A stretch of DNA of 64,000 bases from Marsupella aquatica (lineage: Eukaryota > Plantae > Marchantiophyta). Below the pieces are notes generated by a model. It was given only the letters and a program-made list of their open reading frames with translations. It was not told the DNA's origin and searched no databases. How positions within the stretch are numbered: position 1 is the stretch's first letter; each line of letters opens with the position of its first letter. Shown in pieces: positions 1 through 11,149 of this stretch. The DNA lies in NCBI GenBank assembly GCA_973895155.1, contig OZ316897.1, positions 19,471,224 to 19,535,223 of the forward strand, read 5' to 3'. The position numbers were made by a program, and so were the translations under genes.

Positions 1-359
1 AAAGATGACAAGATGAGTAAAAGATATATAAGATGACTGGGTTGGACACTACTAGAAGCACACAGGACAGGATGAGGATTTTGCACTTTAGACAAACAGA
101 ATAGGGCCTTTCCTTATGGTGATGACTTTGATGTCAACTTCAGGTGGTGGTTCCGGGTTCCCTGGCCCGACTAGTTTGGTTTTCCGTTGGCCATTTGTGG
201 CTCCAGGTGTTGGCCCTTCTTTGTTTTCCTTGCTCGGGTGGTTGTTGCTCCCCTGCCTGTTATTGAAGGGTCTCTGCGCCCCCCCCACCCCCCCCCCCCC
301 CCCCCCTTCCACAATAAATAAATAAGATATATATGTTATCAATTCTTCTTTTGAACATG

Positions 360-640
360 AGCTGATTTCTGGTTTGCAATCTTATAAAGTGGGTTTTTAT
401 GAGCATTGTGTTTTTGAAAAGCACCATCAATGTGCTTTTGGAGTTTGAACTTATAGTTCCAAGGTGGTTCTTGAATATATAGGTACATAGTGATGCATGG
501 GTCCATCCACAACTCCTTCACACTCTAGAAAGTTACACTATGTCTCTTTTATTGATGATTATTCAAGATTTAGTATATGAATTTACTTTTGCAGAAGTTT
601 GATGTCTTTACCATTTTGAAAGAACTTGGATTTACTACTT
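360..640 (+). mobile_element. Degenerate Ty1/Copia integrase fragment
   Basis: Broken reading gives VHSDAW(G)PSTTPSHSRKLHYVSFIDDYSR (~485-570), the Copia integrase VHSDVWGP...YYVSFIDDYSR motif; frameshifts present. Confidence 0.7.
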
Positions 641-652
641 TGCCATATTTTA

Positions 653-1019
653 GTGGGAAATTACTACATTGCCATGAATTTTAGACTATTTACTAGAATG
701 CCACCTTTTCCTAACAATGGTTAAGGTAATCACCTATGGTTAACTCATAACATCCAATCTTCAAAATCATGCCACATGTCTACATCAGATGGTCGGAATT
801 TCTCTGGCAACAAATCTTTAGCCAACTTGTTCTGCCACAACTGAAGGAGTTGGTCGCCCACCCTGCCCTGCCCGCCCTCTTCCGCTGTCGGAAATCTCGT
901 CATGGGGTTTTTGGATGATTGTGAGTTAACATAGGTGGTCAACTTAACCATTGCTAGAAAAAGGTGGCATTCTATTAAATAATCTAAAAAGCATGCATGG
1001 CAAAATAGTAATTTCCCAC
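653..1019. mobile_element. Foldback/MITE (MULE-like) with ~110-bp imperfect terminal inverted repeats
   Basis: GTGGGAAATTACTACATTGCCATG...TAGAATGCCACCTTTT...AACTCATAACATCCA (653-756) is the reverse complement of TGGATGATTGTGAGTTAAC...AAAAGGTGGCATTCTA...CATGGCAAAATAGTAATTTCCCAC (912-1019). No clear TSD. Confidence 0.75.
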
Positions 1020-1994
1020 AATAAATCTCAGTTTCTAAAAAACTAAATTATGCCCCATGTTGAGAATCAAACCCCAAGTAGGATCCAATGTGTTCGACGT
1101 CTCTTTTGAGCTCCTGCAAGTTTTGTTGCATAGTCACTAACGGGAGGGTTATGGACGGGCATTAGCCCACAGATCCCCTGCTCTGAGACACCCTATTGAA
1201 GGTAAAATTTTGCTGTTGGAAAAGTTTTTTGAAATGAAAAGAGTATTAGTGAGTATCAGTGTGATAAGTGTTATGGTCAATGGGGGTTAAGTGAGGTGGC
1301 CCATGGGGGTTGCTTGTTCACAGGCCACATCCATGGGAGCATCTTTCTTCCAAACCTGGTAGTCTCTTTGGCAGTACTTTGTCCACATTGAGGGTCACCA
1401 TCTCCATGAAACCGCGCCCTGAAACAGAAAGGAAGAGCCGTGCTGTACCCTAAATCCTTTAAAGCCAGAGGGAACCACTCCACGACACATTGCGCAACAA
1501 TTAAGAGCAAGGTCTCTCGTTTCTCTGGAAGAAATCGACCCTCCACGACGCATGTGCGCGCTCATTACTCCAGACTCTGTACTCGCGATTCACCACCTCT
1601 GTACTCCTCACCCGCCCCTCTCCTTGCTGCACCATGTGAACACTGCGCACGGATATAACACCGAGGAGGCAACCACCATGGAGGCCACAACGTCTCAGAA
1701 GCTGGATCTCGCGTGGGAGTCCTTGCTAGGGCTGAAACAGTTGCTAGGGCAGAAACAGAGCATTGTAGAAGAACGCGGCTCCAGGCGGTGCTGCAGCAGC
1801 GCGACGACATCGACACCATGTGGGAGAAGATCGTGGACCTAGTTACGTTCCTTCGGCATTTCGTTGTCGTGCTTCTGGCGCTTTTGTGCTGGGCAGCGTT
1901 CTCTGGTAGGCCTCATCTGTTCCTCGTCGTTCTCATGCTGCTGGCTGCAGTGTATCTTTGAGGGGGGTGGTGGTGAGGTTTTCTTGCGGCCAAC

Positions 1995-2648
1995 ATGTTG
2001 AGAGCCGTTGGTCGCCGTGGTCTGGATTTGGTTGGGGATTTTGCCACATCTTCTTCTCGAATTCTGCGGAATTCGGGCTGTGATGGGGGATTCGCAGCAG
2101 ATCCCGGCGCCAGAGCTTTAGGTTTAGGGTTCATGGGACCTGCGGGTCAGCAAGGGGTCGACAGTTTCCTTCCCGGTGCTGCTAAGGAGGTGGCCCAAGG
2201 TTTTAAGAGCGTGTTTCTTTCTGGGAGACTTGGATCTGGATCCGGGGTTGGGGTTGGGGCTTTCCAGTTGAGCCAAGTGAGGGGATTTATTCAGCTGAGG
2301 ACCAACTTGGAGGTGGCCGATAATTCTGGAGCTCGCAGAGTGCAGTGTATTAAGGTGATGAAGGGGTCAAACGCTGCTAAAATTGGGGATATTATAATGG
2401 CTTCTGTGAAGGACGCCCAGCCTCGTGGGAAGGTTAAGAAAGGAGAAGTGGTCACCTGTGTTGTTGTGCGTGCCGCGACTCAGAAGCTGAGGAGAGACGG
2501 GAGCGAGATCAAATTTGATAAGAATGCTGTGGTGTTGATAAATAAGCAAGGTGAGCCCATCGGGACTCGAATCTTTGGGCCGGTTCCTCATGAACTTCGA
2601 CGTCGGAAATTGGTGAAGATTTTGACTCTGGCAGAATATGTAGCTTGA
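1995..2648 (+). CDS. RPL14: Nuclear-encoded mitochondrial ribosomal protein L14 (HUELLENLOS-like), intronless CDS with N-terminal targeting extension
   Basis: C-terminal ~120 aa [23 protein letters not shown]...[29 protein letters not shown] is a clear uL14; N-terminus MLRAVGRRG resembles a mitochondrial presequence. Confidence 0.93.
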   Translation: MLRAVGRRGLDLVGDFATSSSRILRNSGCDGGFAADPGARALGLGFMGPAGQQGVDSFLPGAAKEVAQGFKSVFLSGRLGSGSGVGVGAFQLSQVRGFIQLRTNLEVADNSGARRVQCIKVMKGSNAAKIGDIIMASVKDAQPRGKVKKGEVVTCVVVRAATQKLRRDGSEIKFDKNAVVLINKQGEPIGTRIFGPVPHELRRRKLVKILTLAEYVA

Positions 2649-4619
2649 AACAGTAGATTTAACTTGGTCTGAGGATGCCAAATGCCTGAGCTCGAGACAC
2701 CTATCACTCGATTTGTAGTTCCTGGTCTTACTACTGAACCTTTCTCGGCCTTCTGGCTAAGTTCAATTGCATTTACACTGTAAGGGCAGTGCTGGTAGCT
2801 TTTGCATTCACAACCTTGCGTTTCTGGCTTGCAACAGTCAGTCGCAGTCCACTTGCCTGCCTGTTAAAGCGTTAAAATTCTTTCATGGTAATGCATTATG
2901 GACGTTCGTTCGTTTTTTCCAAAGTCACTCGGCCACTCCGAGTATTTCACTCGTTTTATGCACTTTCCCTTTGTTCTATAATTTGTTGGGTTGCACTTTA
3001 ATTTTATTGCGTTACATCCCATATTCAGCGTTTACCTCAGATCTCGTCGAGGTTTTCAGTAAATTCAGTGTTCTAATCTTAGTTCAGTTTGTAGACTCGT
3101 CTTGCATGGCAGGCTGGCTCTGGGCCATCGTTCCATGATACCATCCACCATTCCACCAAATGTATACCAAGTGCTGGATTCATGGGAGAGTGCAGTGACG
3201 TCAGTTGCCAAATTTTATAAAAGGTTGAGCTATTCTATTACTCGAGAAATCTGGTCTCTCAATCTCTTCCAATTTCGGCCACTCTTTTGCCCCCTACAAT
3301 GCCAGGGAGATGTCAGTGTTTGTACCTAACCATTCACTTTGAGTTTCTCTCGGTTGATTTGGCAGCCTGTCATATTCGGTACTGGTCAGGAGAAGAAGAG
3401 GTGGTGTACACTACGATGAAGAGCTACCGGCTGTAGTGCACCAGGTTGTAGTCTGTGACTGTGTGATGCCCGGTGTGATGCTGCAGCAAAGTGCGTCATT
3501 CGGGTCTATTATTAAATATACTATATGTCACACTCCCAAAGAACAAAAGACGCTAAACCTGAGGACCCTAATTTTAAAGGCACAGAAGACCCAATAAAGG
3601 GGAGATATTGCGGACAGGAAAAATCCCCCTTACAACCAGGAGCACTGGAGCAAGGAAGAATCCTAGTGTTGCTTTCATATCCAGTTCTGCGTCTTCTAGT
3701 TCCATCTCTACTGTACTGCAAAACAGAATTTCAATGCCTCTCAGCCGAAGCCTCTGTACTTGCTGAGGATTACATCCTACGTGTCTCAGATCGGGATCTC
3801 CATCAGTCAGTCACGTCATTTAGTTTGGATCCTAGGAGCCAACATCCTGGAAGTTCATATATGGACGGACAGGACCTCTACATACAGCTTGTGTTCTTCC
3901 TCTCGTGAGCAAACATTCAAGCATTGTCTCCTTGCGAAGATTATACTCATGAATATTGTACAGAGAGTTAGGACAGCTCTTCCCGTAGACAAACAGAATG
4001 CAGAAAATTAGTTCATAGCTATTTCTCGAGAAATATGCTGGCGTTGCTGCTGCTAGTGCTGCGGTAGGTGCGTCACACTAAGGGCAGAGCATGCGTTCCA
4101 CTTCTTGCTAGTCAGTCATGGGCATTAGGACGAAGGAGAACATGTGCTAGTTACCAGAATACAATGCGCACTCCTTTGTGACGAAGGCGAAGATGTGCTA
4201 GTACCAAGAATACCATGCGTGCTCCCTGTATCCTCAGTCTAAAATATAAAAGAAGTTATACGGATGGACATCATAAGTGCGAGCTGAAGACGGGCTACAG
4301 ATGAACTTCTGTGAGCGTTTCGCTGTAGCCGAAGTCCAAAATACAACAGAAGCAAAAGCTGCTACTTACTAAGAATACAATTCGTGGAAGTTTAGAGTCA
4401 GGTGTTGTTATGTGCTTTAGCTAATTCAATGCCTTCCTCAGGAATTCATGGAACTCTTCGAGAATTTCACAACGAGCGTGACCTTAGTTCGCTGCAGTAT
4501 TAACAAATCCTTCTGGTAAGCACTACTTAAGTTAATCCCCTGCTTCACCTTCATATCCACGAGATGTTTCCTGCTACCAAAAGCTCACTCAATAGGTGCC
4601 CAGAGTTAGGTTCAATGTT

Positions 4620-5130
4620 GGGTTTCCCTTAAGATCAGCCTGGAACAAGACCAATGATTTTAATTTCTCTCACGGTCAAGGACGTAACTTTAGAGGGGTG
4701 TCGTCTCCAAACTCTGGAGATTCAATACTGAGAAAACATGGCTTTGCTCTCCTTTGCTTCCTGGGGTAGATTATCCAATACTTGATGGATTTTGGCCTAG
4801 ACGGACCCTTGACCTGAGTATTGGCAAGATGGTCAGACTATGGACACAACCCAAGCAAAGGCAATGGGGTGGTGCATAATCTGAAACAAGAGCTTTGCAT
4901 TGCAACCAATTTGGATCCTGGCAATTTTGTGATGCTTTTGTAATGGCACTTGGGAAAGGTTCAACAAGTTTTTCTGTAATACTGCAAAGAATGCAGATGA
5001 GCAGCTGTCAAAATTGTTTGTGTCCTTGGACGTGTCCAGTAGTTTAGAATCAGGAGATGCAGCAAAAACTCAAACCAACCTCCTATTATAACAGACTGCC
5101 AAAGAGCAGAAGGCACTGAACCAGGAGACA
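4620..5130 (+). mobile_element. Possible degenerate L1 LINE ORF2 3' fragment
   Basis: Trp-rich broken reading (WRFNTEKTW..., LWTQPKQRQWGG) reminiscent of plant L1 ORF2 C-terminal regions; no intact motif. Confidence 0.3.
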
Positions 5131-5144
5131 GGATCCCACAGGCC

Positions 5145-5620
5145 AAAAAAAAACCCAATCAAGGGAAAACAAGAAAAAAGGCCAGTAGGCCAAAGAGCAA
5201 AACAAAAAAGACCAAGCACAAGCCCAGCCCAAGGAGAACAAAGGACACACAAACCTAAAGACTACCCAACGGCAAAGTGAAGGGCCTGATAAAGCTCCGT
5301 CGTGAACTGCATAGGGGGGTCAAGCAATGGAATCTGACTAGAAGCCCGGACTCCAACCGCCTCTCCTCTACGAAGGATAGTGAAGGCCTGTGCTCGCTGA
5401 AGTGCAATGGACACCCACTATCTAAAAAAGGTTGTGATAACAGAGACGGGTGGATAAGGCCGCCGCTCGACATAATGAACCGAATAGGAGCGCAAGAAAT
5501 GGTCAAAAGTCGGGTGCAGCGCTCCAAAGATCTCCACGGCAAACGGGTAGAAAAGGTCCCCTATTAGCAATCAAAGCGTATGGGTTTGTGACAAGACAAA
5601 TGACAAGACTCCTGTTTTCG
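5145..5620 (-). mobile_element. 3' end of a CRE/R2-type non-LTR retrotransposon (restriction-like endonuclease region plus T-rich 3' UTR)
   Basis: Minus-strand translation GDLFYPFAVEIFGALHPTFDHFLR...FFR*WVSIALQRAQAFTILRR matches the F.PF.VE.FG...(Q)R.S.ALQR.(N/Q)A..I C-terminal signature of REL-endonuclease retroelements; one internal stop. Confidence 0.7.
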
Positions 5621-5679
5621 TTTGGATACTTCAACACCAATATTTTGGAAAAAAGGTTGTGGCCTGGTTGTATAATCTT

Positions 5680-6427
5680 TTGAGACATAACATCAAAAAC
5701 TTTCCTATAGATGCTTAGGTCCATAGGGGTTCCATAGGGGAATCCATACAAGTAGTTAGTATTGCATATAAGGATTTCATATGTGTAGTGGTCAGGGAGG
5801 AGTATGATAGATGGAGGGCTTTGCACATTCAAGCAGTTAATCCTAGCAGCCAAGTCCTTGAGTGGACCTCCCTCCCTCTCTCCTCCAATCACACACATAG
5901 CAAGAGAAAGCATAGTGTGAATTGGATGGACAGAGGCTCCTTTGCAGGAGAGCATGTCAAAGGATTGGAAGGACAAGAGCAAGGAATGGAAGGACAAGAG
6001 CAAGGAGTGGAAGGAAAGGACAAGAGCAAGTCAAAGGAATGGAAGAGCAAGGCATGGAATGATTCATCAGTAGAGGTCGGTTGCAGTGAAAGAGAAGTGT
6101 GAATTGGAGCCAGGTTCTCCACAAGAGCAAGTGGAAGGTTAACCCCCTGGGGATCGACTTGGTGTAAAAACCCCTAAAACACGTGAGAACAAACCAATAA
6201 AATTTTAGAAAATCAAAATTTTCTAAAACCTTTAGTTAAAACTCCAAAACTATGTTTTAACAAATTCTAAAAAGTAATATTCAAATTTCCCAAAATGCAC
6301 TATCAAAATTCCAAGAGGACTATAATATTCCAGAGTTAGTGAAAGTGCCCGTGAAAGTATTGATTGATTTTAACTCCGATGAACTTACTTTAGTTTATCT
6401 ACCCAAGGTTGAGTCAAAACCCTAACA
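5680..6427 (-). mobile_element. LTR-like segment related to the Copia LTR at 7666, opposite orientation
   Basis: Minus strand starts TGTTAGGGTTTTGACTCAACCTTGGGTAG at 6427, nearly identical to TGTTAAGGTTTTGACTCAACCTT at 7666; left boundary uncertain. Confidence 0.5.
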
Positions 6428-6829
6428 CCCATCAACCATATCAAGTATTCTCAGACTAACTAAACTCTCCACTCCCACGCACAAGAGCCCTAGTGAACCA
6501 CCCATTGGCATCTATCTTGGGCCCATCTTGAGGAGGCAAAGTGGGAGGGGATGGCAAGGAGGCATGGGGGAAAGAGGAGACTCTAATTCTCCTTCCCTTG
6601 CGTCCCCCCCATTCTTAACTTCTCAAAATAACTTCTCAATTTTTTTGTTGAATATTCTAAGAAATGTCCAACTATGTATTTTTAGAGGTTCTAACTAAGG
6701 CTTAAAAACATCACATGTGATGGGGGCCCTCTATATAATGAGACCCCTAAGAGTACACTCAAAAGCTAGATTTTTACCAAGTTGAATATGGCAATTGCAT
6801 GCAAGGTCTATGAGTACTCATTTGGTGTC

Positions 6830-8228
6830 ACATTTCAAGCTTTCAGTTACTTCCTGTCTCATATATGACAATTGAGAGTCACAGATCAGATGTCTAAGCT
6901 AGGTTTCCTATGATCATAGTATTGTGGGAAATTTAATGTAGTATCTCATGATATGCTAGATCCAATATAGCACATAAGATTGGATTGCTGAGCAGGTCCA
7001 TGGCTAATTTAGGAAATATACATTAGAAAGTAGTGAAGTCGATACTATGTTATCTATAGGGAGCGTCTCGTGTTGGACTGTTATTTGTGCATACAACCAA
7101 GATGCAAAATCATTGATTGGCTATGTGGACTTTGACTATGGAGTGGGCTATGGAGGAGATTTCAACCATAGGAAGTCCACTTTGAGAGATTCTTTCACTC
7201 TTGCAGGTGGATGGGTGACTTGGAGGTCCACAAAGCAAAAACGCATATCTCAATTTTCTACTAATAAGAGCTGAATAGATAGGAGCAGTTGAAGCAACTA
7301 AGGAGAAAATTTGGTTAAATAAACAATTTGGTGAAAGATTTGGGTTACACAACACATTGTGCCTCTCCATCGTGATATCTAGCAATAATTTTTTACATAT
7401 TGTTGTCAACCAAATGACACATGGCAGAGCACACTGATATATGGTATCACTTCATCAGACAAGCAATGTCAGCAAGAAAGGTTGAGCTAGTCAAGATTCA
7501 TTGTAAACTCAACCCTGTTGACATGTTGACCAAGGTTATCCCTCATGATGATTTTGCAAGACATTGCAATTCACTATAGGTCTTCCCATAGGTCTTGCCA
7601 CGCTTCAAATTGCTAGTAGCTAGCCCAAGGCAAGAGTCAAGCCCGGGGTCAAGCCAGAGGGAGTTTGTTAAGGTTTTGACTCAACCTTACCTTGGGTAGG
7701 TAAACTTAGAGAGTAAGTTAACCAAAGTTAACATTAGTCAACTAGACTTTTCATGAAGGGATAACCCTATTTGTATCCCATGGAGAAATAGCACTAAGTT
7801 AGTAGTTGAGAACTTGGTGTGAGAGAAAGACGGGGAGAAAGAGCTTGAACCAGGGAGCTATGGTGATGTACATTTCATGATCATGGTGAAGCTCTTGGTG
7901 CAGCCATGGACATAGCCTGGATGGGGTGAACCACATATCCTTGTGTTGCTGTACTCGATCGTGTGCTATGTGTGTGGTGATCATGAAATGTCACATGTGT
8001 TGTCCACTTAATTTGATTCTACATAGAGTTTAATAAGCCCTTGTGTATCCCATGGATATTGCTCTAAAGAGGTGAACCAAGTATCTCTTGCTTGACAACT
8101 TGAATGTGTGATTGTTAGATGTTGTGTATATGCATGTTGTCTTTGGTAGTGGTCATTGCTCAACAAAAATATGGTCCCCATTTGCCAATAGTTGGTGAGA
8201 GTGTTTTCATTGAGATCCACTTACAACA
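6830..8228 (+). mobile_element. Ty1/Copia 3' remnant: RT/RNase H, PPT and 3' LTR (7666-8228)
   Basis: SLIGYVDFDY..GDFNHRKST...FTLAGGWVTWRSTKQ is the Copia RT-RNase H junction; NPVDMLTK near 7510; polypurine AGAGGGAG (7656-7663) just before TGTT; LTR ends ACAACA at 8228. Confidence 0.8.
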
Positions 8229-9959
8229 CTTATTTTACCTCTTAAAAAGGAAAATATACTATTTTACTCTACTAATGTAATGTAGTATATCATCATAACA
8301 ACAGATTTTGAAATTTCATTTGTGCAATTAAGCCATTAGGTCATCAGTGCATTATTATAATAGGAAATCTTCCTTTCTTGGTTTTTATTCTTTCTAGGGT
8401 TTTGGATTTTTTTTTGTTGCATTTGCCTCCACTACATGTTTTGTTTTTACTCCGTTCTACTTTGTTTGGCACTTTCTTTTGGTAAATTGGGCATTTGTTC
8501 TTTGCCTCGAAAACCAAAAGCAGGCCCATCCAATTACAGAGGATAGACTTCTTGCTATGGAGCATGCATATTTGTGTAGGGTAGCGTGCACAAGGGGATA
8601 ATATAAATTTGGTAAATTGGGCATTTTTCATTTGAATTCATATTTGTTTCTCGTCACAAACACAATCTTTTGTGTTTGCAAAGGAAATTGTTGATGTGAT
8701 TGCATGCGGTACCAGAAATTTGAGAGCTATCTCATAGGACCAGTAACTAAATCTTGTAACTCCTGAAACCCTAATAAATTATTGTCCATTTTTGTGTGTA
8801 ACCATTTGGTGTTATATTTTTTTTGGAGACTCCCACTAAACACATGAACACAATATGATTCACATTCAAGGATGCTCTCCACCCTAATTTGAATTTTCTT
8901 TCTTTTCAAATTACAGGTGTGTGCCCCCCCCCCCAATGACTATCTTTAGAATTTTTTTTTAAAACGTTACTACAGTAGAATCCTAAAACATGCATCCTAA
9001 TGTTTTTAGCACGTTTCTTTCTTCAATAACACTTCGAAATTGTGTCCAGAATTGAAATTTGTTTTTTTTAGCCTCATCCACACGGTGACGGTACTACAAT
9101 ACATTTACTACAGTACATTTACTACAATCTTATTTGTCCGGTACTCTGAGAGACTGAGACGCTGTGTGGCCTGACCCACGAATCGTCGTCATCGTCATCT
9201 CCCGTGATGAGTCGAGAGAATGAGAGCCACGTCTTCGTCTAAAGCGCAAGCCAAAGCTCTGTTGCGAAGCTTTCTTGTTGCAAGCTATGTTTGGCCAATC
9301 GGGACTGATCAGGAGGCCTTGCTGGCCGGATTGGAGACCATTACCCGGATCGTCATTGGTCGTGGTGGGATACTGCCAATCGGGCAGGCGCAATCAGTCA
9401 AGGGACCAACCGAGGAAGGTCACAAAAAAGTGGCTGGCTTGTCGGAACTCGGGATGAGCAGCCGAAGATTCATAGCAGAACAGCAGAATAGCAGATCGCT
9501 CATTGATGAGAAGTAGTCTTCGTAGTCGCAAGCTTCGAAATTCGGAATCAGGGGGTTTACGGGCTCGCTGATTGGCTCGGGCTGTGGATAAATCCGAGGA
9601 ATGTGAGAGAATTGGTATTTGGTAATCCCAAAGAAGACGCAGGTCGGTCCACATAGGTCAGGAGCAGTATTTACCGCGAGCACCAGCCATCTGCAGCTCC
9701 GCATAATGTCTTTAATGATTTACTACTTTCCTCGCTCGCTGACTCGCTGATGACGGAAGACCAAGCTCCATCCCCCATGGCCGACGTAGTCTATTTATTT
9801 TATGACAGAGCCCTCCGCACGACTGTGGGTGTGTGTCAAGCAGCGTTCATGCCTGAACGATCATCTGGGGCATCGTCGGCAGCCTTGGCTTTACTATCTC
9901 AGTCAGTGAGCGTTTGCCTGTCCGTCATTATTTATCGGTCTCACGGAGTGCATCATCTT

Positions 9960-10360
9960 CGCTAACCACGTCGACCCGGAGCGAGCAACAGGCTGCTAGC
10001 AGACGGGCACGGGAGCGATTCTAGCGGCTTGTGGTGAGAGCGATTTCAGGAACGTGTCTCGCTGTGAGCAGATGCATTTTATTAATTTTTAGGAGTGGGA
10101 GACAGGGAGAGGAAGAAAACGGACTGTTCGTACTCTGAACATCCGGATCTCTTGGAGGTTGGAAAGCGGGGAGGTCCGGACTACCGGAGGTTTTGTTGGT
10201 CCAGTAGCAGTACATTATTATTATTAGTGAGGCCACTGTTGTTCCAGCAAACCACGTCTCAAACGACGTCTGTAGTGTGAAGGTCTACAACTCATCGAAA
10301 TAGCACGGCGGTGGTTCCTGCCACACAGGTTTGTTCATTGCGAAAGATCCCACGTTGCGG
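9960..10360 (+). promoter_or_regulatory. Cluster of ACGT-core elements upstream of the RUP-like gene
   Basis: CCACGTC at 9966 and 10252, AACGTG at 10051, CCACGTT at 10350; these are bZIP (HY5-type) binding cores. Function is inferred. Confidence 0.3.
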
Positions 10361-11149
10361 AATGTGTTCTTGTGGTCGTGCGGTGGAGTATCCGGCATCC
10401 CACCCTCACCAGCAATCGATGTTGGCGCTCTCTTAGACACTCGGAGCTAATTGTTCAGCAGAGTCCACTATGGTGTTTTCTACAGTTCTCTCGAGGGCAT
10501 GGATCAAGCTCTGAATGACATACCTACGGAGCAACACACACCTTATTGATTCAAGAAAAATGCCACTCATTGACTAGTCCATGGCCGGGGGCATGAGGGT
10601 GAGCCAGGCATAAACAGCTCGGGCTATAACGGTTGTCTCCACAGCGTACAACATGGTATGCCATGACGCCCTCCTGTGATTTCCCGTCCATTTCCACTAA
10701 CAAAATGTAGGTCGCATGAGCGGGAGAGTAGTGCTAGTAGTGCAATGTTTGTGTGGAACGGTCTTCTCGACAGTCTCGATCGCCTATTCAGCTGCGAAAT
10801 AGAACACTGTTAGTTGTAGCTCTTTTCTCGGAATCAATAGGGCGTCTCAAACCCGGGCTTTCCGTTTGGGTTACGGAAAACCAAAATCGCTTATATTGCA
10901 GGCGACAGGCCAGCCTTGTCCCCCATAATTCAGGCGAGAGGATAACCTTGGCAATCTGATTCCGGAGACAACTTGTTATCAGTCACGGTTTCCTCAATTC
11001 AAGGTCGAACCACAAATGGAAGCTATAATGGAAAGCTTGTTATTTACTGGAAGTTCGACGGTATCGCTTGGCTCTCACCTGTCCAGCAGGTTCTGTGCAT
11101 TAGCTGTTCTTTTGCTGCTTGCTAGTCTGGCTGCTCTCCTGCAAGCGAG

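Noticed and set aside
9130-9965. Overlapping short ORFs on both strands
   Set aside because: No recognisable motifs; expected by chance in moderately GC-rich upstream DNA.
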